Assembly: GCA_002633005.1 (NCBI GenBank)
Contig: NMRA01000378.1
Coordinates: 227,196 to 291,195, forward strand
Origin: Phoronis australis
Taxonomy: Eukaryota; Animalia; Phoronida
DNA length: 64,000 nt
Reading direction: 5' to 3'
Of this stretch, positions 12,381 through 24,758 are shown piece after piece. A model generated the notes under the pieces. It had not been told where the DNA came from, did no database searches, and saw only the letters and a program-made list of their open reading frames with translations. The translations under genes and the position numbers were made by a program. How positions within the stretch are numbered: the first letter of the stretch is position 1; each line of letters starts with the position of its first letter.

Positions 12381-15182
12381 TTAAGATTTAATATTCAGGT
12401 TTGACTCCAAAGACAGGCCATTTAACTCATTCCCGCTTTGTTTATCGCAGTGAACCTTGCTTTGGATTTTAATGTCCGCCGCGTGAATTGAGTCTATTAC
12501 AACAGTAAACAACACTAACAGTACGCAATGTAAGCTGTAAGTGGCGCGACCATCACTCGAAGAGCTCGTTCCTGCAACAGATGAATTGAATGAAAATGAT
12601 ATATTGTTGTAGTGCGACTTAAAGCCAACCATGTTAATTGCCGAACAGGTGTACATTCCGTTTATGAAGCGATCAACGGGAAAAGTGAGTGATGCAACCG
12701 TTCTGAGATCAGACGCGTTAGTTGAAGGTAAAGAAGTTGTCAACTTTTGTAATGGGTTGTACAGTGAGATTGCTGGCGAGGGGTCACCGCTTGAAACGCA
12801 TTGGATGGTTACGTATGTTTTGGTAACTAGGACATCTATTTCAGGTTTGGAGGGTTGTTGGCACGTCATGTTGACGTCCAGAAAAGATTGCAGGGTTGGT
12901 TTGTTTTCTACAGGGGAAGAACATCGCGGAATGTCATAACTGTAATGATTTTCTACCTGATGCCTGGCGCTCAGCTTCACCCATTGCTGCAGGTGAACGA
13001 GACGGCAATTACAGTGCAGAGGATTTTTGGCAACGAGGAAAGCCGAAAGGATATTGGTAACTAGTCTGTATATAATGGGCTGTGGCAGAGTAGTTAGTCG
13101 GTTGTCACTGATGTCCAGTATTCTCAGTGTGGACATTCTAGAAATGGCCAACGGTTCAATGACTTCAATACGGTTGTTATTAAGAGTCAACACTTGCAAT
13201 TCAGTAAGTGGTCCGAAAACGTCTTCTTTGATCTCTCGAATACTATTGCTGGATAAATCGAGAAACTTGAGAAATATCTGGTTGTCAAATGTCCCTTGGT
13301 GTAACTCTTCGATTTTTGATTCTCTTATGTTCAGTTTTTGTAAAAATCCTAAGCCAGAAAACATGCTCTTTGTACACCGCAGTATGGTGTTGTGGTTAAT
13401 ACTTAGCACCGCAGCATTAAGCGTAGGGTCAAAGCTATCATCTTCTATTTTTGATATCCTGTTGAAATTCAGCATAATAACACTAAGGGAACTTCCGTTA
13501 AAAACGCCGGGAATTATCTTCTTTATCAAATTGTTGTCAAGGTTGATGGTCGTGAGCAAATTTAATGGTTCGAAAGTCCCTCGTTCAATCTTTGCAATCC
13601 TGTTGTTTTTCACCACAAGAATACGCAATGACGAAAGTCCAGCTAACATTTTTCCCGACAGTCGCGTAAGATTATTTCGTGAAAGATCTAACGACTCAAG
13701 TTTACCGCAACGTTTGAATGGCTGGTCGTCTAGGCGTGTAATACCGCTGTTTCTTAATTCAAGACTTCGTAGATTGGGAAGGTGTATTGGAAGTGATGCC
13801 GATATAATGCCCCTTTCACACTTAATTTTCATCGCCAATATGAGTACGTTCGCTAACGATATCGTGTGCTGAATATCATCAACTCGACTAAGATCAACAT
13901 TAAGTTTCCGAGCTTGAGGAGACCATGTTCCTGAAATGTAAGTGATTGGATTAGCATCGATGTCTAGGAAATCCAAACTCTGTGATCCATGCAGTGTGTT
14001 GGGCTTGAAATGTACAATATTGTTACCTTGTAGGTAAAGTGTCCTTAAACGCCCCAAATTCGCGAAGGATAATTCCTCTATGATGGCAATTTTGTTACCA
14101 GTCAACCGCAACTCTTGAAGTTCAAACAAGCCGCGAAAAGCTCTACTCGTGATAATTGTTAAACAGTTGCTCTGGAGAGACAGGAAACGGAGGCGAGATG
14201 CTAACTGAAATGTGGAGTCCTCAATAATTTCTATTTGGTTGTTTTCAATGGACGCCGACACCAATGTTCCACTACATTGAAACATGCCTTTAGTCAAATT
14301 TCGAAGAAGGTTGTCAGAAATATAAAGTCGTGTTACCGCTGGCATTCGGCAAAAGGTTCCAGTGTGGATACTGGAAAGTTTATTTGAATTTAGCTTAAGA
14401 TGATATAGTGACTTGTAAAAATCAAGCTGCAGTCCTGAGAGCTCGTGTAAGTCATTCGAACTCAAATCCAAAACGCGTATGGATTCTGGGATTGTCCATG
14501 TTTGGACTGTGCACAGTTCGTTGCCATGAAAATTTAAATTGGCCAGTTGACCCAGATCCTCAAAAACACCTTCGTCAATTTGAGATATTTTATTACTCTC
14601 CATTTTCAGTGATTTTAATGCCGGTAGTTGTCGAAATGTTCCGTTGACCAATCTTGATATGCAGTTTCCCGAGAGATCGAGGGTGGTCAAGTTATACAAT
14701 TTACTCGCGAAAGTCTCTCCATCCAGAGCAGTTATTTTGTTGTGATTCAATTCCAAGTTGACCAACTGCGGTGTTGACGCGAAGGCACCGCTTGGTAAAT
14801 CACATATCTTGTTTCCACTGATACGTAAATACTTTAGCTTGAACAAGCCAGCAAACGTTGTCTTCGTTATTCTAGTGATTCTGTTGAACTCAAGAAAAAG
14901 ACCGGTCAATTCACCCATGGCAAGGAAAAGGTTGTCAGCGATACTAGTCAGCTTGTTGTATCCCAGTAATAAGCTGGTGACGTTAGACGCTGACGCAAAC
15001 GTGTTTGGTAAGATACGCCTGATACCGCATTTCTTTAACACAAAAACTTCTTTCCTTGCTACCGCTGGAAGATCGTCTCGAGACAACACACCGTCACTAT
15101 CGTCAATATTCAAGGGACACATTACGCGAACGGCGTAAGCAAGCCAAACTTTGAAGACAAGACTTACTAGCACTAGTTTCAT
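12381..15182 (-). CDS. Intronless leucine-rich-repeat + Ig-domain cell-surface protein (LIG/LRRIG type), ~933 aa
   Basis: Uninterrupted ORF. Likely start MKLVLVSLVFKVWLAYA (signal peptide, ATG at 15182). More than 20 LxxLxLxxNxI repeats, LRRCT NPLHCNCRLVHLQQW...C, Ig-like TIQCVSSGDPSP...GMYTCSAINMVG, Ser-rich linker, hydrophobic YSLHCVLLVLFTVVI and a short tail. Confidence 0.93.
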   Translation of the reverse strand: MKLVLVSLVFKVWLAYAVRVMCPLNIDDSDGVLSRDDLPAVARKEVFVLKKCGIRRILPNTFASASNVTSLLLGYNKLTSIADNLFLAMGELTGLFLEFNRITRITKTTFAGLFKLKYLRISGNKICDLPSGAFASTPQLVNLELNHNKITALDGETFASKLYNLTTLDLSGNCISRLVNGTFRQLPALKSLKMESNKISQIDEGVFEDLGQLANLNFHGNELCTVQTWTIPESIRVLDLSSNDLHELSGLQLDFYKSLYHLKLNSNKLSSIHTGTFCRMPAVTRLYISDNLLRNLTKGMFQCSGTLVSASIENNQIEIIEDSTFQLASRLRFLSLQSNCLTIITSRAFRGLFELQELRLTGNKIAIIEELSFANLGRLRTLYLQGNNIVHFKPNTLHGSQSLDFLDIDANPITYISGTWSPQARKLNVDLSRVDDIQHTISLANVLILAMKIKCERGIISASLPIHLPNLRSLELRNSGITRLDDQPFKRCGKLESLDLSRNNLTRLSGKMLAGLSSLRILVVKNNRIAKIERGTFEPLNLLTTINLDNNLIKKIIPGVFNGSSLSVIMLNFNRISKIEDDSFDPTLNAAVLSINHNTILRCTKSMFSGLGFLQKLNIRESKIEELHQGTFDNQIFLKFLDLSSNSIREIKEDVFGPLTELQVLTLNNNRIEVIEPLAISRMSTLRILDISDNRLTTLPQPIIYRLVTNILSAFLVAKNPLHCNCRLVHLQQWVKLSARHQVENHYSYDIPRCSSPVENKPTLQSFLDVNMTCQQPSKPEIDVLVTKTYVTIQCVSSGDPSPAISLYNPLQKLTTSLPSTNASDLRTVASLTFPVDRFINGMYTCSAINMVGFKSHYNNISFSFNSSVAGTSSSSDGRATYSLHCVLLVLFTVVIDSIHAADIKIQSKVHCDKQSGNELNGLSLESNLNIKS

Positions 15183-16839
15183 GGTTGGTCGAGTGCCGTG
15201 TGAATCTAACATGGGGTGTTGCAGTTTATATTGTGTAGATGTCTTCAGTGTGAAAAACATGCTTAGCGCTCGCACTCAGTCAAACAAAACTTGATAAATC
15301 GCCTTCTTATTATTTATTGACTATAAAGTTATGTTAGAAACAAGTAATAAAAAGACACAATCAACCAAAACTGTTATTGGTCACTGTTTGGGGAATCCCA
15401 AGGTACAGTATTTATATTGTTCAAGTTTCTACATATTGCGCTGTGGCCGAACTTGGAAGTCCACTGCTTCCAGATATAGTGCTTTGCAATTTCTGGGTTT
15501 GTCATTATTTCCTTGTATGCTCCGTGTAATTTCCATATAACCTTTAAAAACAAAAAAGATGTCTCCCGCTTACTACTCGTATGACGATCGCTAACGAGGT
15601 TTCACCCCTGAACCTTGTAAATACATGTACATGTATTTGTTAGTTGCACTTGCCTCTCCTCGCCTCTTCTTGCAGCCAATATAACAGTTGCCACTCCGAA
15701 CATAAAACTGCTGTTCCATTGAGTAGTCGAAAATGGACAATTTTGGAGCAGAATCTGTGGAATGGAAATCAGAAGAAATTCCCGGTGTGGGGGCAAACTT
15801 CTACCACTACTACTTGAGTGTGATGGTGCTCATAAAATCAGTCCCGTTTGTTCTTAAGGAACCATGAAAAAGCTAGCTCGGTTGTACTGTATTTTGCTTC
15901 CTTATGGGCCTACCTTAAAACAGTACTAATCAGTCCTCAACAATCTTGCTTTACATGTACTTTTTTTTGAAAGATGTAATCATGCAATACAGGCCCGTAG
16001 CCAGCAATGAGTGGGGTGGTTCGATTTTCTAGAACGGTGGACCTTCGATAATTCGCAAACGTCGAAACTATTACGATAATACCCTTGACGCAGCATATAA
16101 CGACGACTCACAACTCTATGTTCCTGAGATGAGACGGAATTTGTAATACCATATATGAGGATGCTGTGACGGTTGCTCACAAAGAACGGGACTTGAATTC
16201 TGATTTAATGTGGTCTAGAAAGAGAACGTTCTCGCGTTACCTCCTGTCAAAATTTCAAATCAGGCGTGCTTAAGTGAGTGATTACACCTCATTACATACT
16301 CGGACGGAAATATGAAGTCGGAGATTGACTTGAAGAAATTGTTTATCTGGTTGTATTTTTACATGTTACTTAACTTGCTTACATCGCTGGAAGGTTCACT
16401 ACTTTGAAGGTTCACTGCTCCGAATATCTACATTTCGGACACAGGTGAAATTTTTATATTTTATATGCAAAAATAAACGATACTTCGGTTATTAGATGCA
16501 CTGAGTAAAGTACCTGTACCGAAAACAATGCCCGGGTACTATAAAAACTTTGTTTGGATTTCATGCGCATGCGAAATTGCCTGCATGTCTTACGAATACA
16601 CCTGTACGTAAAAATGAGTATGTGTAAAAGAATATGAAGTAAGAATATTGATGAATTATAAACCACGTATGCTATCTTATTGATTTTTGCGTTCACGGGT
16701 GTAAAAAGGCAGACAGCTAGTACTTAAAGAGCACGGGAGTTATACAGCACAATGGGGTGGCTCTGAAATCAGCATGAAGGTCTCAAAAAATGACTGAAAA
16801 CGTAAAATTGTTTTTGACTGATGCGTTCAATGACGGCAT

Positions 16840-16930
16840 GAAAACTGGTCAGTAAAGCGATCCAGTGGTGTGTTCTCAACAAAGGAGAACTGCAAAAAGG
16901 CAATGGCCTGATGCGGTTTGCACCAGGAGC
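16840..16930 (+). pseudogene. Possible THAP C-terminal remnant
   Basis: VVCSQ...RQWPDAVCT resembles the THAP vCSxHF...PDAVPT motifs. Confidence 0.25.
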
Positions 16931-17829
16931 CAGAATGCCTCTCATCAAAGCAAATCGGAAACTTCTTTACAAGACTTGTGGTTCAGCAGAAGCACAGAGC
17001 ATACAGCTGAGACTCTGATGAAGATAATGCCACTATTGCACAGGCAATCAAAATTATTGAGATGCATGCTTGTGTGTTTGACCTAATGGTGGTGTTCCAC
17101 CCTATAAGGCTTCAGAACTTTGATTTGTGTCACCTGTCACAAGTTGGAGGTAGCAGACTTACAGGCTGCTTGCCAGTATTTGGGTATCACTGTTCCTTCA
17201 CAGTTGAAATGGAAGTACATAATCATATAACTACTGGAATGTCTTGAGAAATGTCCGTGCAGATCATAATCATCAGTGTTTATGTATTCTTGTTGTACAC
17301 CTTATGCTGTATCTATTACTATGAGGTTATTTTGCAAGTGAGTTTGATTCAATGATATTTTCAGTAAAATTATTTCTCACGCCTAGAATGACCCTTTAAT
17401 TGTCGTTTCCAGGTTATTTCTATACATCAATATACAGTGCAAGCCAAAAGTATTCAGACAAAATAACTGGAATTTATTGCCATGACAGTTGGGGCAAAAG
17501 TAACATTTGTCAACAAAGTGTTCTTTCTTTGTGATGGAGGGGAAACAGGAAAGCTAGTGTGGTGGCTTAGTTATTCTGTAATTAGCCGTCGTTATAGTTA
17601 TTACCAGTCATTTTTGCATTAACAGGCCTAGCCGCAACGGGGCAAAGATTATATTGTCAAATTACTTTTGCCTTGTTCTTTGTACACATTACGCTGTCAT
17701 CCCTGTCTTTGTGTGGCACTTGCTGCTGCATCTGCAAAACCTTGGTGAATGTGAAATTTTATAGTTGGGGTGACACACGGGAATTGTGGGATGTATTTGA
17801 CTACCACTGTGCCCCAGTGGCAACTTTAC

Positions 17830-20800
17830 TTTTATGCGCCCACATATTTAATTGTGAATGCATTTTGCCGTCATCTGAGTCCGTCCAGCGGGCGGCGTCC
17901 GTGGTCCGGCGTCCGGCGTCCGGCGTCCGCTGCTCTGTCTCCAAAACCGTTTGACGTACGTTCATGAAATTTTGCACATGTGTTTCTTTCGTTGGTTGGA
18001 CGGCATGAGCGAACTTTCGGACGGATCCGATTACCGGTGTGCCCCCTAGTGGCAATTTTATGTTTTTGCATTTACCTCTGTATCTTCAAAGGTCCTTGAC
18101 ATATTTTCATAAAATTTAGTATATAGGCATTTATTAGTAAGACGACGGCATCCTGCCGTTTTCGGATGGATTCGACGTAGTTTGCGCCACCTAGTGGCCA
18201 TTTTTACTGTTTTCGAGTCTGTTTTTGATGTGCACCCCTCTATCAACCAAACTGCTCTAAGTATGATTGTGAAAATTGGCATGTATGTTCTTACTATGAA
18301 GAAGACGGCGGACGATGATTTTCCGACGACTTCGACTACTGTGGCGCCTCCTAGTGGCAGTTTTGTTGTTTTGCGCCTTTGGCTATATCTCCTAAACCGT
18401 TTGCAGCATTTTTACTAAATTTAGTAAATGCATTTATAGGAAGTTGACAATAGGCGACGACGACTTTCGGACAGATCGGACAACGGGTGTGCCACCTAGT
18501 GGCAATTTTATTTTTTTTACGTTTACCTCTGTATCTTCAAATGTCATCAATGTAATTTCATAAAATTTGGCGTACAGGCTTCTGTTAGTGAAGTGACGCT
18601 ATCTTTCCCTATTCAGAAGGATTCGACCTAGTTTGCGCCACCTAGTGGCCATTTTTACTGTTTTTGAATCTGTTTTCTGGCGTCCACTCTTCTATCAACC
18701 AAACCGCATTCAGGATAATAGCGAAAATTTACATGTATGTTTTTACTATGAAGTGGATCACTGACGATGATTTTCCGATGACTTCAACTACTGTGGCGTC
18801 TCCTAGTGACAGTTTCTTTTTTCGCCCATGGCTGTATTTCTTAAACCGTGTGCAGGATTTTTACATAATTTAAAGAAGAATGCCACCCGATTTAATTAGT
18901 CTTTTTGTGCCGTCTTAATCGGTCTATATCCACATCGCCTCGCATACGGTCGACCTTATCTTGCCAAGAGGGGTCGCGTTAACCTGTGAGGAAGGTGAGA
19001 AACTACGCTAGCGACGTCAGTGGTCCATATGCAGAGTGAATGCCGCTATGTTGCAGTGCATCGTTCCCGCTTGTCCGAACTAAGCAGCTGCGAGGAAAGC
19101 GGGTATATCGTTTGTTTTTTTTACTTCTTCGAGAGTCCGAAATGCTTAGGAAATGGCTCATCGTATAGAAGAATGAAGTTTATGCTGTAAATAGCAAGTA
19201 TGAGGCCGTGAAACATCTCCGTGTCTGTGGTCTGCAGACGTCGACAGTGCCTGACGATTGCCGGCTTACAAAATAACTCCATACGTTCCGTTGTCTGAAC
19301 ATATTCACGGTACCTCTCTAGTATTTCTTCATCACTGTATTCCTGTTCGAATTGATAGCCTGTAAAACTTAAAGATCCACCTGCGAAGTCGGGAGTGATG
19401 AGCTCTAGCTAGTCCTAAGTCGGGATTGCAAATTGCCATGTTGGCGTTTATTACTGAGCGTTCTGTTTCAAAATGAATTATTCTCACCCTAACCAATAGT
19501 TATATAAAACTGAAACAAAGTCTGTCTCATTACATGCAATTTGTAATACATTTGGAGTGTTCGTGAGTGCAAATGATTTGAGAAGCCAGCAATGAATAAA
19601 TCACTGCGTTACCGGCTTTACGGAACACCGAGGCCGTTTGAGCTTATGCTAATTTATTGTTTGCTGGCAGAAACTTTTGTGAAACAACTCGATTTCCATC
19701 CCACGGCCAGGTGTTGGGGAAATCTTTATTTACATTTACATTACTTAAATAATGATGGTCAATGTACATGTACAACTTCTGCCCTGAAGGTGCTGTGGCC
19801 AAAGCGGAACCTGAATTTGCGGCCCCCGGACGAGAAAGTAGATTTGCAGTTTCGTTGCTAATTCACCAACATAATCACGTGCACATTACTTTGGTTCACT
19901 AGTGTAGTATTTTCTTGACTGGAAGTTTAGTTTCCACTGAACTTTGGCTGGTTTATGTTCGGGATGTCTGATCAGTTTCCGAGCCACTGGACGCCGGGGA
20001 TAACGAGTCAATCCGGTCGGCCGCGACGGGCCTGATCGGGCTCCGAGCCACCAATAAATCCGTAAGAGCGAAATAAAACAACACGTTTTTATAAGAACTC
20101 GATGTATTTTTAAGGGTTTTACATCGAAGTTTGATGATTTATTGGTGTTAAACTATGACTTCAAGCGATAAGTCGACACCAGTAACCCGTACAGACTGCG
20201 TGTGAAACCGATGACATCATTGGATAATTTTAATACCTCCGTCTGCCGTCAGGTGTCAGGTAACGCAACCGTACGTNGTTGGCAATTTTAGTTTTTACGT
20301 TTACCTCTGTATCTTCAAAGGTCCTCAACAGATTTTCATAAAATTTTGAATAAAGACATCTATTGGTTTGATGATGCTATCCTCCCGTTTTAGGATGGAA
20401 GCAAGGTACTTTACACCACTTAGAGGCCATTTTTCCTCTTTTCCTCGTCTACCTCTCTATAAATCAAATCATTCTAAGGATGGTATCGAAAACTGGCGTA
20501 TATGTTCTCAGTGTGAAGATGACTGTTGATGATGACGACTTTGACTACTCTGTCACTTCCTAGTGGTAGTTTTGTTTAATTTTGTGCCCATAGCTGCCTT
20601 TCCTAAACCCACTACAGGATCTTTATTAAATTTTGTAAGTTTATTTATACGAAGCTAATAACACTGAGACAATGACGACTTTCAGGCGGTCCAATGAATA
20701 GTGTGTCCCCTAGTGGTAATTTCATTTCATTCTGTTTTCCTTTGTTTCTCTGAGGTTTCATGACCAATGTCTATGAAATTTGGTGTTTAGCTTTCTATTA

Positions 20801-20949
20801 AAGAAGCAATGACATGTTCCCGTTTTCGGACGGACTGTATGTTTTTGCACCATCTAGTGGCCATTTTTATGACACAAATAAGCAACCCTATAAGCACAGC
20901 ATTTGCGATGCATTCGTGGGCGCATTTCAACGCTCCGCGTTGCTCTTGT
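17830..20949 (+). mobile_element. Helentron-associated interspersed element (HINE / DINE-1-like) with ~150-bp core repeats in a ~451-bp higher-order unit
   Basis: Inserted in a T-run. Sub-terminal inverted repeat atgcgcccac (17834-17843) / gtgggcgcat (20916-20925), (gtccggc)n microsatellite near the 5' end, 3' hairpin caacgc-tcc-gcgttg followed by ctcttgt-TT. Confidence 0.85.
18870..20276 (+). mobile_element. TTAA-starting (Kolobok-like) insertion carrying a THAP remnant
   Basis: The HINE core breaks at TTAA-AGAAG (18870). 19048-19236 encodes MLQCIVPACPN*AAARKAGISF...EMLRKWL...HLRVCG. The right end is lost at n 20277. Confidence 0.55.
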
Positions 20950-22563
20950 TTATGATAGTCTCTATATCTAGCAAGTTCCTTGATTGATTTTCATGAAATT
21001 TCGCTATTAGGTTTCAGTTATGGAGACGACCACACTTTCCCATTTCGTGGCGTATTTCTATGTAATCTGTACAGAAACATTGCCATTGAGATGAGCAAGG
21101 CTGACATTTATTGTTGATTGGACGATCTTCTATGGTGCCCCCTAATGGCAATTTAAGTTTTCTTTATGTATTCCTCTATATCTTGATGTATTTTCGTACA
21201 ATATGGTACCTTTGTTTCTGTGGAGGATACGAGAACAAACTGCCATTTTCGGTTGGATTTGAAATATTCTGTCCCACTAAAGGTTATTATTTCTGGCAGC
21301 AGCCTCTCTGTCCTTTAAAGTGCTTGGAAGATAGTTATGAAATTTTGCCCATGTGTTCTTATTGAGATGATCACGGTTGACAGGTTTTCTGATGAGTGCA
21401 ATCACTGTGGCGTCTAAAAGAGTATTTTGTTTGTTTACCTGTGCCGCAATATCTACAAAGTTGTTGTGATGAATCTGGGTGGGGGAAATTTGGTGTATAT
21501 GTTACATTATTGAGGGAAGTACGCCCGGCATAAATTTTAGGACATATGAGTGCCGTGGCGTCCTCTAGTGGTTCCGTAACTCCCAAGAATGTTGATGGAT
21601 GGGATTTGGAAAATAGAAAATGACAGCGGCTGTATTGTTCCAGATGAATTTGATGTGTGTTCCACCACCTACTGTTTCTTTATTTTATATATTACATGTC
21701 ATTAACACCCCTTGAAGCATATTGTCAGAGGTGCAGTCGTGGGCGCTCTGCGTTTCTCCTCGTTTTGTATGATGTTGACAAAAGTTGTAGTGTAATGTAG
21801 ACTATGGTTTCATTTTTATTTTTGATCAATGATCTCGATCTCTGAAACTTAACATTGACCACCAACTTTAACACCCACACTTGTATGATACACATATGAA
21901 TTATAATCAACTTACAGGAGGGACACTAAAGTGTACTATCCATAGTTCGATGTCATCCATAACCAAAGGCTACGTTGTATAAATGTCCTATGAAATAGAT
22001 ATTGTTACTGATTTGTTTTTTCAGTGTGTTGCAAGTCAGCTTTTCCACGAACACTTAACTTCACCGATGCCTTACTAAAAATAATTTGGCATTTTTGTAG
22101 TCTGTCTGTATTTCGAATTCGTGGCATTTACTGTATCAAAATGTTCGAACAAAATTTAACAAACTCAGTCCAAGCTCCTTGGTCAGTTGTTTATATAGAT
22201 GATTCGGAATTCTTGTGCACCCCTCCCCACACTGCTTCGAAAACGAAGATGTCACCGCGTTATCCTGTCGGAATTTACCACTGCAAGCACCCCTCTTATG
22301 CCCAGATGATTCAATTACATTCCTAGCTCTTCCTAGCCCAATATAGTATTTTCATGTACATCTCTAATTCATATAGTTTTAGTGATGTATTAAAATCACA
22401 GTTCGAATCTTCTGGTCCATTCTCACGTGAACCTGCAACGCTTCATCGAATCTACGTTTCAGTCCTTTAGTTTGCAATCATCATCACTAAGAAGCAAGTC
22501 CCGCTGAAGATTGTAAAAACAACTTGAGAAACGTTCACCTCAAGCACTTCTCAACACAATATG

Positions 22564-22713
22564 CAGTGGTGGATTTAGAGGGGGGCAATGCCCCCCCTAA
22601 AATTCTCCCAGTTCACATTTGTCAGATGGGGGGGTGCAAATGTCTGACTGGCAAAATCCTGGCTAATACTCTGCCATGGCGCCCCCTATCTCAAAGTCCT
22701 GGATCCGCCCCTG
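22564..22713 (+). mobile_element. MITE family 1, copy 2, inserted in the Crypton ORF
   Basis: cagtggtgga...tccgcccctg; flanks atatg / gtatg (5-bp TSD, one mismatch). Removing it restores the Crypton reading frame. Confidence 0.8.
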
Positions 22714-22944
22714 GTATGGTTCATAAATACCAAACTGTTAGGTTTCCGGGGTACACATGAAAGCCGCCAGATACAGTGGGCAAACATACAGTTGCTTGAA
22801 GACGAATCTGGCAACCAATAACTAGAGTTCAAGGAAAGGGAAACGAAAACAAGATTCGGCACTGGTAGCGACATTAGACGATTTAATCCAAAACCATTTG
22901 CCCTTCCGTCAGATCTGTCAAGGTGCTCCGTTACTACTTACAAA

Positions 22945-23080
22945 GCCTACCGATCATGAAGACCACCAAAAAGACTACAGATCATGAAGACCACCAAGAA
23001 GCCTACCGATCATGAAGACCACCAAAAAGCCTACAGATCATGAAGACCACCAAAAAGCCTAACGATCATGAAAACCCCCA
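22945..23080 (+). repeat. 28-bp minisatellite, about 4.8 copies
   Basis: Units gcctaccgatcatgaagaccaccaaaaa start at 22945, 22973, 23001, 23029 and 23057. Confidence 0.95.
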
Positions 23081-23772
23081 CCTTTCTCTCTCAGCATCAA
23101 CCACAGCAGAACCCTCAACTCCGAAATATTGTACAAGGATCAATCCCTGGTCAAACACAATAGCTTTGTTCGTGAAAAAATGGCACAAAGAGCAGGCTTC
23201 CGTGGTAAGAAAACCAACTACAGCGTAAGGCGAACCATGTGCACAAAACTCCTTCATGCAGGCATAGCACCTATCACAATCATGTAGCTCAGTAGATACA
23301 AAATAGTAAGTTTGAAAAACTATGTATCAGCTGCAACGACACAGTAGAGCAAGGTCCAACATTCCGCAAACTAAGACCCCATCAACTACAAGTGAAAAAA
23401 TCACTGTCAAAGCCAACAAAGCCAAACGGTCAGTGGTCATGACACTAGCACCCGATACTATCGGCGACAGTATTACACGAGCAGCAACAACGACCGTCCC
23501 AGCAACATTTGAACCTATCCAGACTACAGAATCCATAGAAATGCAACAACGCACTTGAAACAATGCTACAAGGGACATATTTGCCGGAGCTGTCATCACC
23601 TGTGGCACTTTTGACAACTTAGTGTAAACAGACTACGCGTAGGCTGCGGCGCTCAGGTCCATGACCAAGTTTTAAGAATGAGTGCAGCTAAATGTACCAC
23701 ATGAGGATTTCACAATGTTATAAGTATTCTTGTTGTTACTTGTATGTTGCTCTGACGTCAAGTTTTACTTGC

Positions 23773-24758
23773 TTTTTTTTTGTTCGCACTCTACATGTCG
23801 CATTTTTCGTCCGAGTCTCGCGAAAAATACACACAACATGTGGACCCGGAAGTCCTGGAAACAACTTGTTTTTCGTCATGATCGAATTCAAAATGGCTGT
23901 CACGACGGCTATTTTGTGTTCAAATTCAGATTCAAAGAATCGTAAAGACAGCATTTTTTCACATACAGGGCTGAAAATCGGCACAGTTATTGTACTGGAC
24001 GGTTACTAAAGATGTGTCTGAAATTACTACCTTTCGGTCAAAGATAAGGAACATATTGGCCATTGCGCAGGCGCACTTTGATTTCGGGACGAAAACTTTT
24101 ATCCTTTAGTGGGCGCATTAATGGATCAACTGCTTCGAAATTTTTAGAGTATTACTTTCTTGTAAATAGCAATTATAGAGTGCTGCTCAACCGGAAGTTG
24201 TTTTCAAAATGGCGGGTCTGACGCATTTTCATCTATTTTCAATCGTGCTGGTGTGCCAGTTTGAAGGAGAAGGGGATATGACATGTTTTTTGCATGTTGA
24301 TTACCTAAGGCATACTCTTTCAAACGAACTCTAACAGTTTTTTTCTCAGACTTACCATTTTGAGTTATTCGACATTAAATTTCAAACAAAAATCAAAATT
24401 TAAGTTCTTGAACATTTTGTGGAATTTTAGGAAGCTATTTTCTTATATAGAGTTTTGAACGGGCGCTTTCAAAATATATTTGATTTTTTGCTAAGACGTC
24501 TTCAATGGATTCAAGATGGCGGACGTGACTTGTTTTCGAATTCAGATTTATATGCTCATAGAGGCCACAATTTGTGACGTAGACAATTGAAAATCGGCAC
24601 AGTTATTGTTGCTGACGTTCACTACAAATGTACAAGAAATCGTTTACTTGAAGTTAAAAATAGGGGAAAAACTCGCCATTGCGTATGCGCACCTCAATTG
24701 TGGGAAATATGTTTTCCCTTCAGAGGGCACATTGTAAAACCAATTGCTTTGAATTTTT
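23773..24758 (+). mobile_element. HINE-like element body with two diverged core repeats
   Basis: tgaaaatcggcacagttattgt...ccattgcg..gcgcac occurs at ~23972 and ~24588; the element starts in a T-run. Confidence 0.5.

Larger units (their letters stand above)
17640..21660 (+). mobile_element. Older HINE-like host element interrupted by the element at 17830-20949
   Basis: The diverged core repeat is continuous across the insertion (gtggcaactttactt | ttatgatagtctctatatct matches the core gtggcaattttatg...ctctgtatct). Further core motifs at ~21135 and ~21557. Confidence 0.55.
22530..23628 (+). pseudogene. Crypton tyrosine-recombinase transposon fossil (DUF3504-type)
   Basis: PQALLNT(I/V)WFINTKLLGFRGTHESRQIQWANIQLLEDESGNQ*LEFKERETKTRFG...PKPFA...RCSVTTYKAY...MAQRAGFRGKKTNYSVRRTMCTKLLHAGI...LSRYK..SLKNY...IFAGAVI. 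The R-K-HxxR-H-Y catalytic layout is visible with both His mutated, plus stops and frameshifts. Confidence 0.85.

Noticed and set aside
12631-15138. Plus-strand ORFs up to 281 aa
   Set aside because: Antisense shadows of the LRR coding sequence.
15183-15275. Longer 964-aa start for the LRR protein
   Set aside because: The track start is not an ATG, and the signal-peptide-like segment begins at the Met at 15182.
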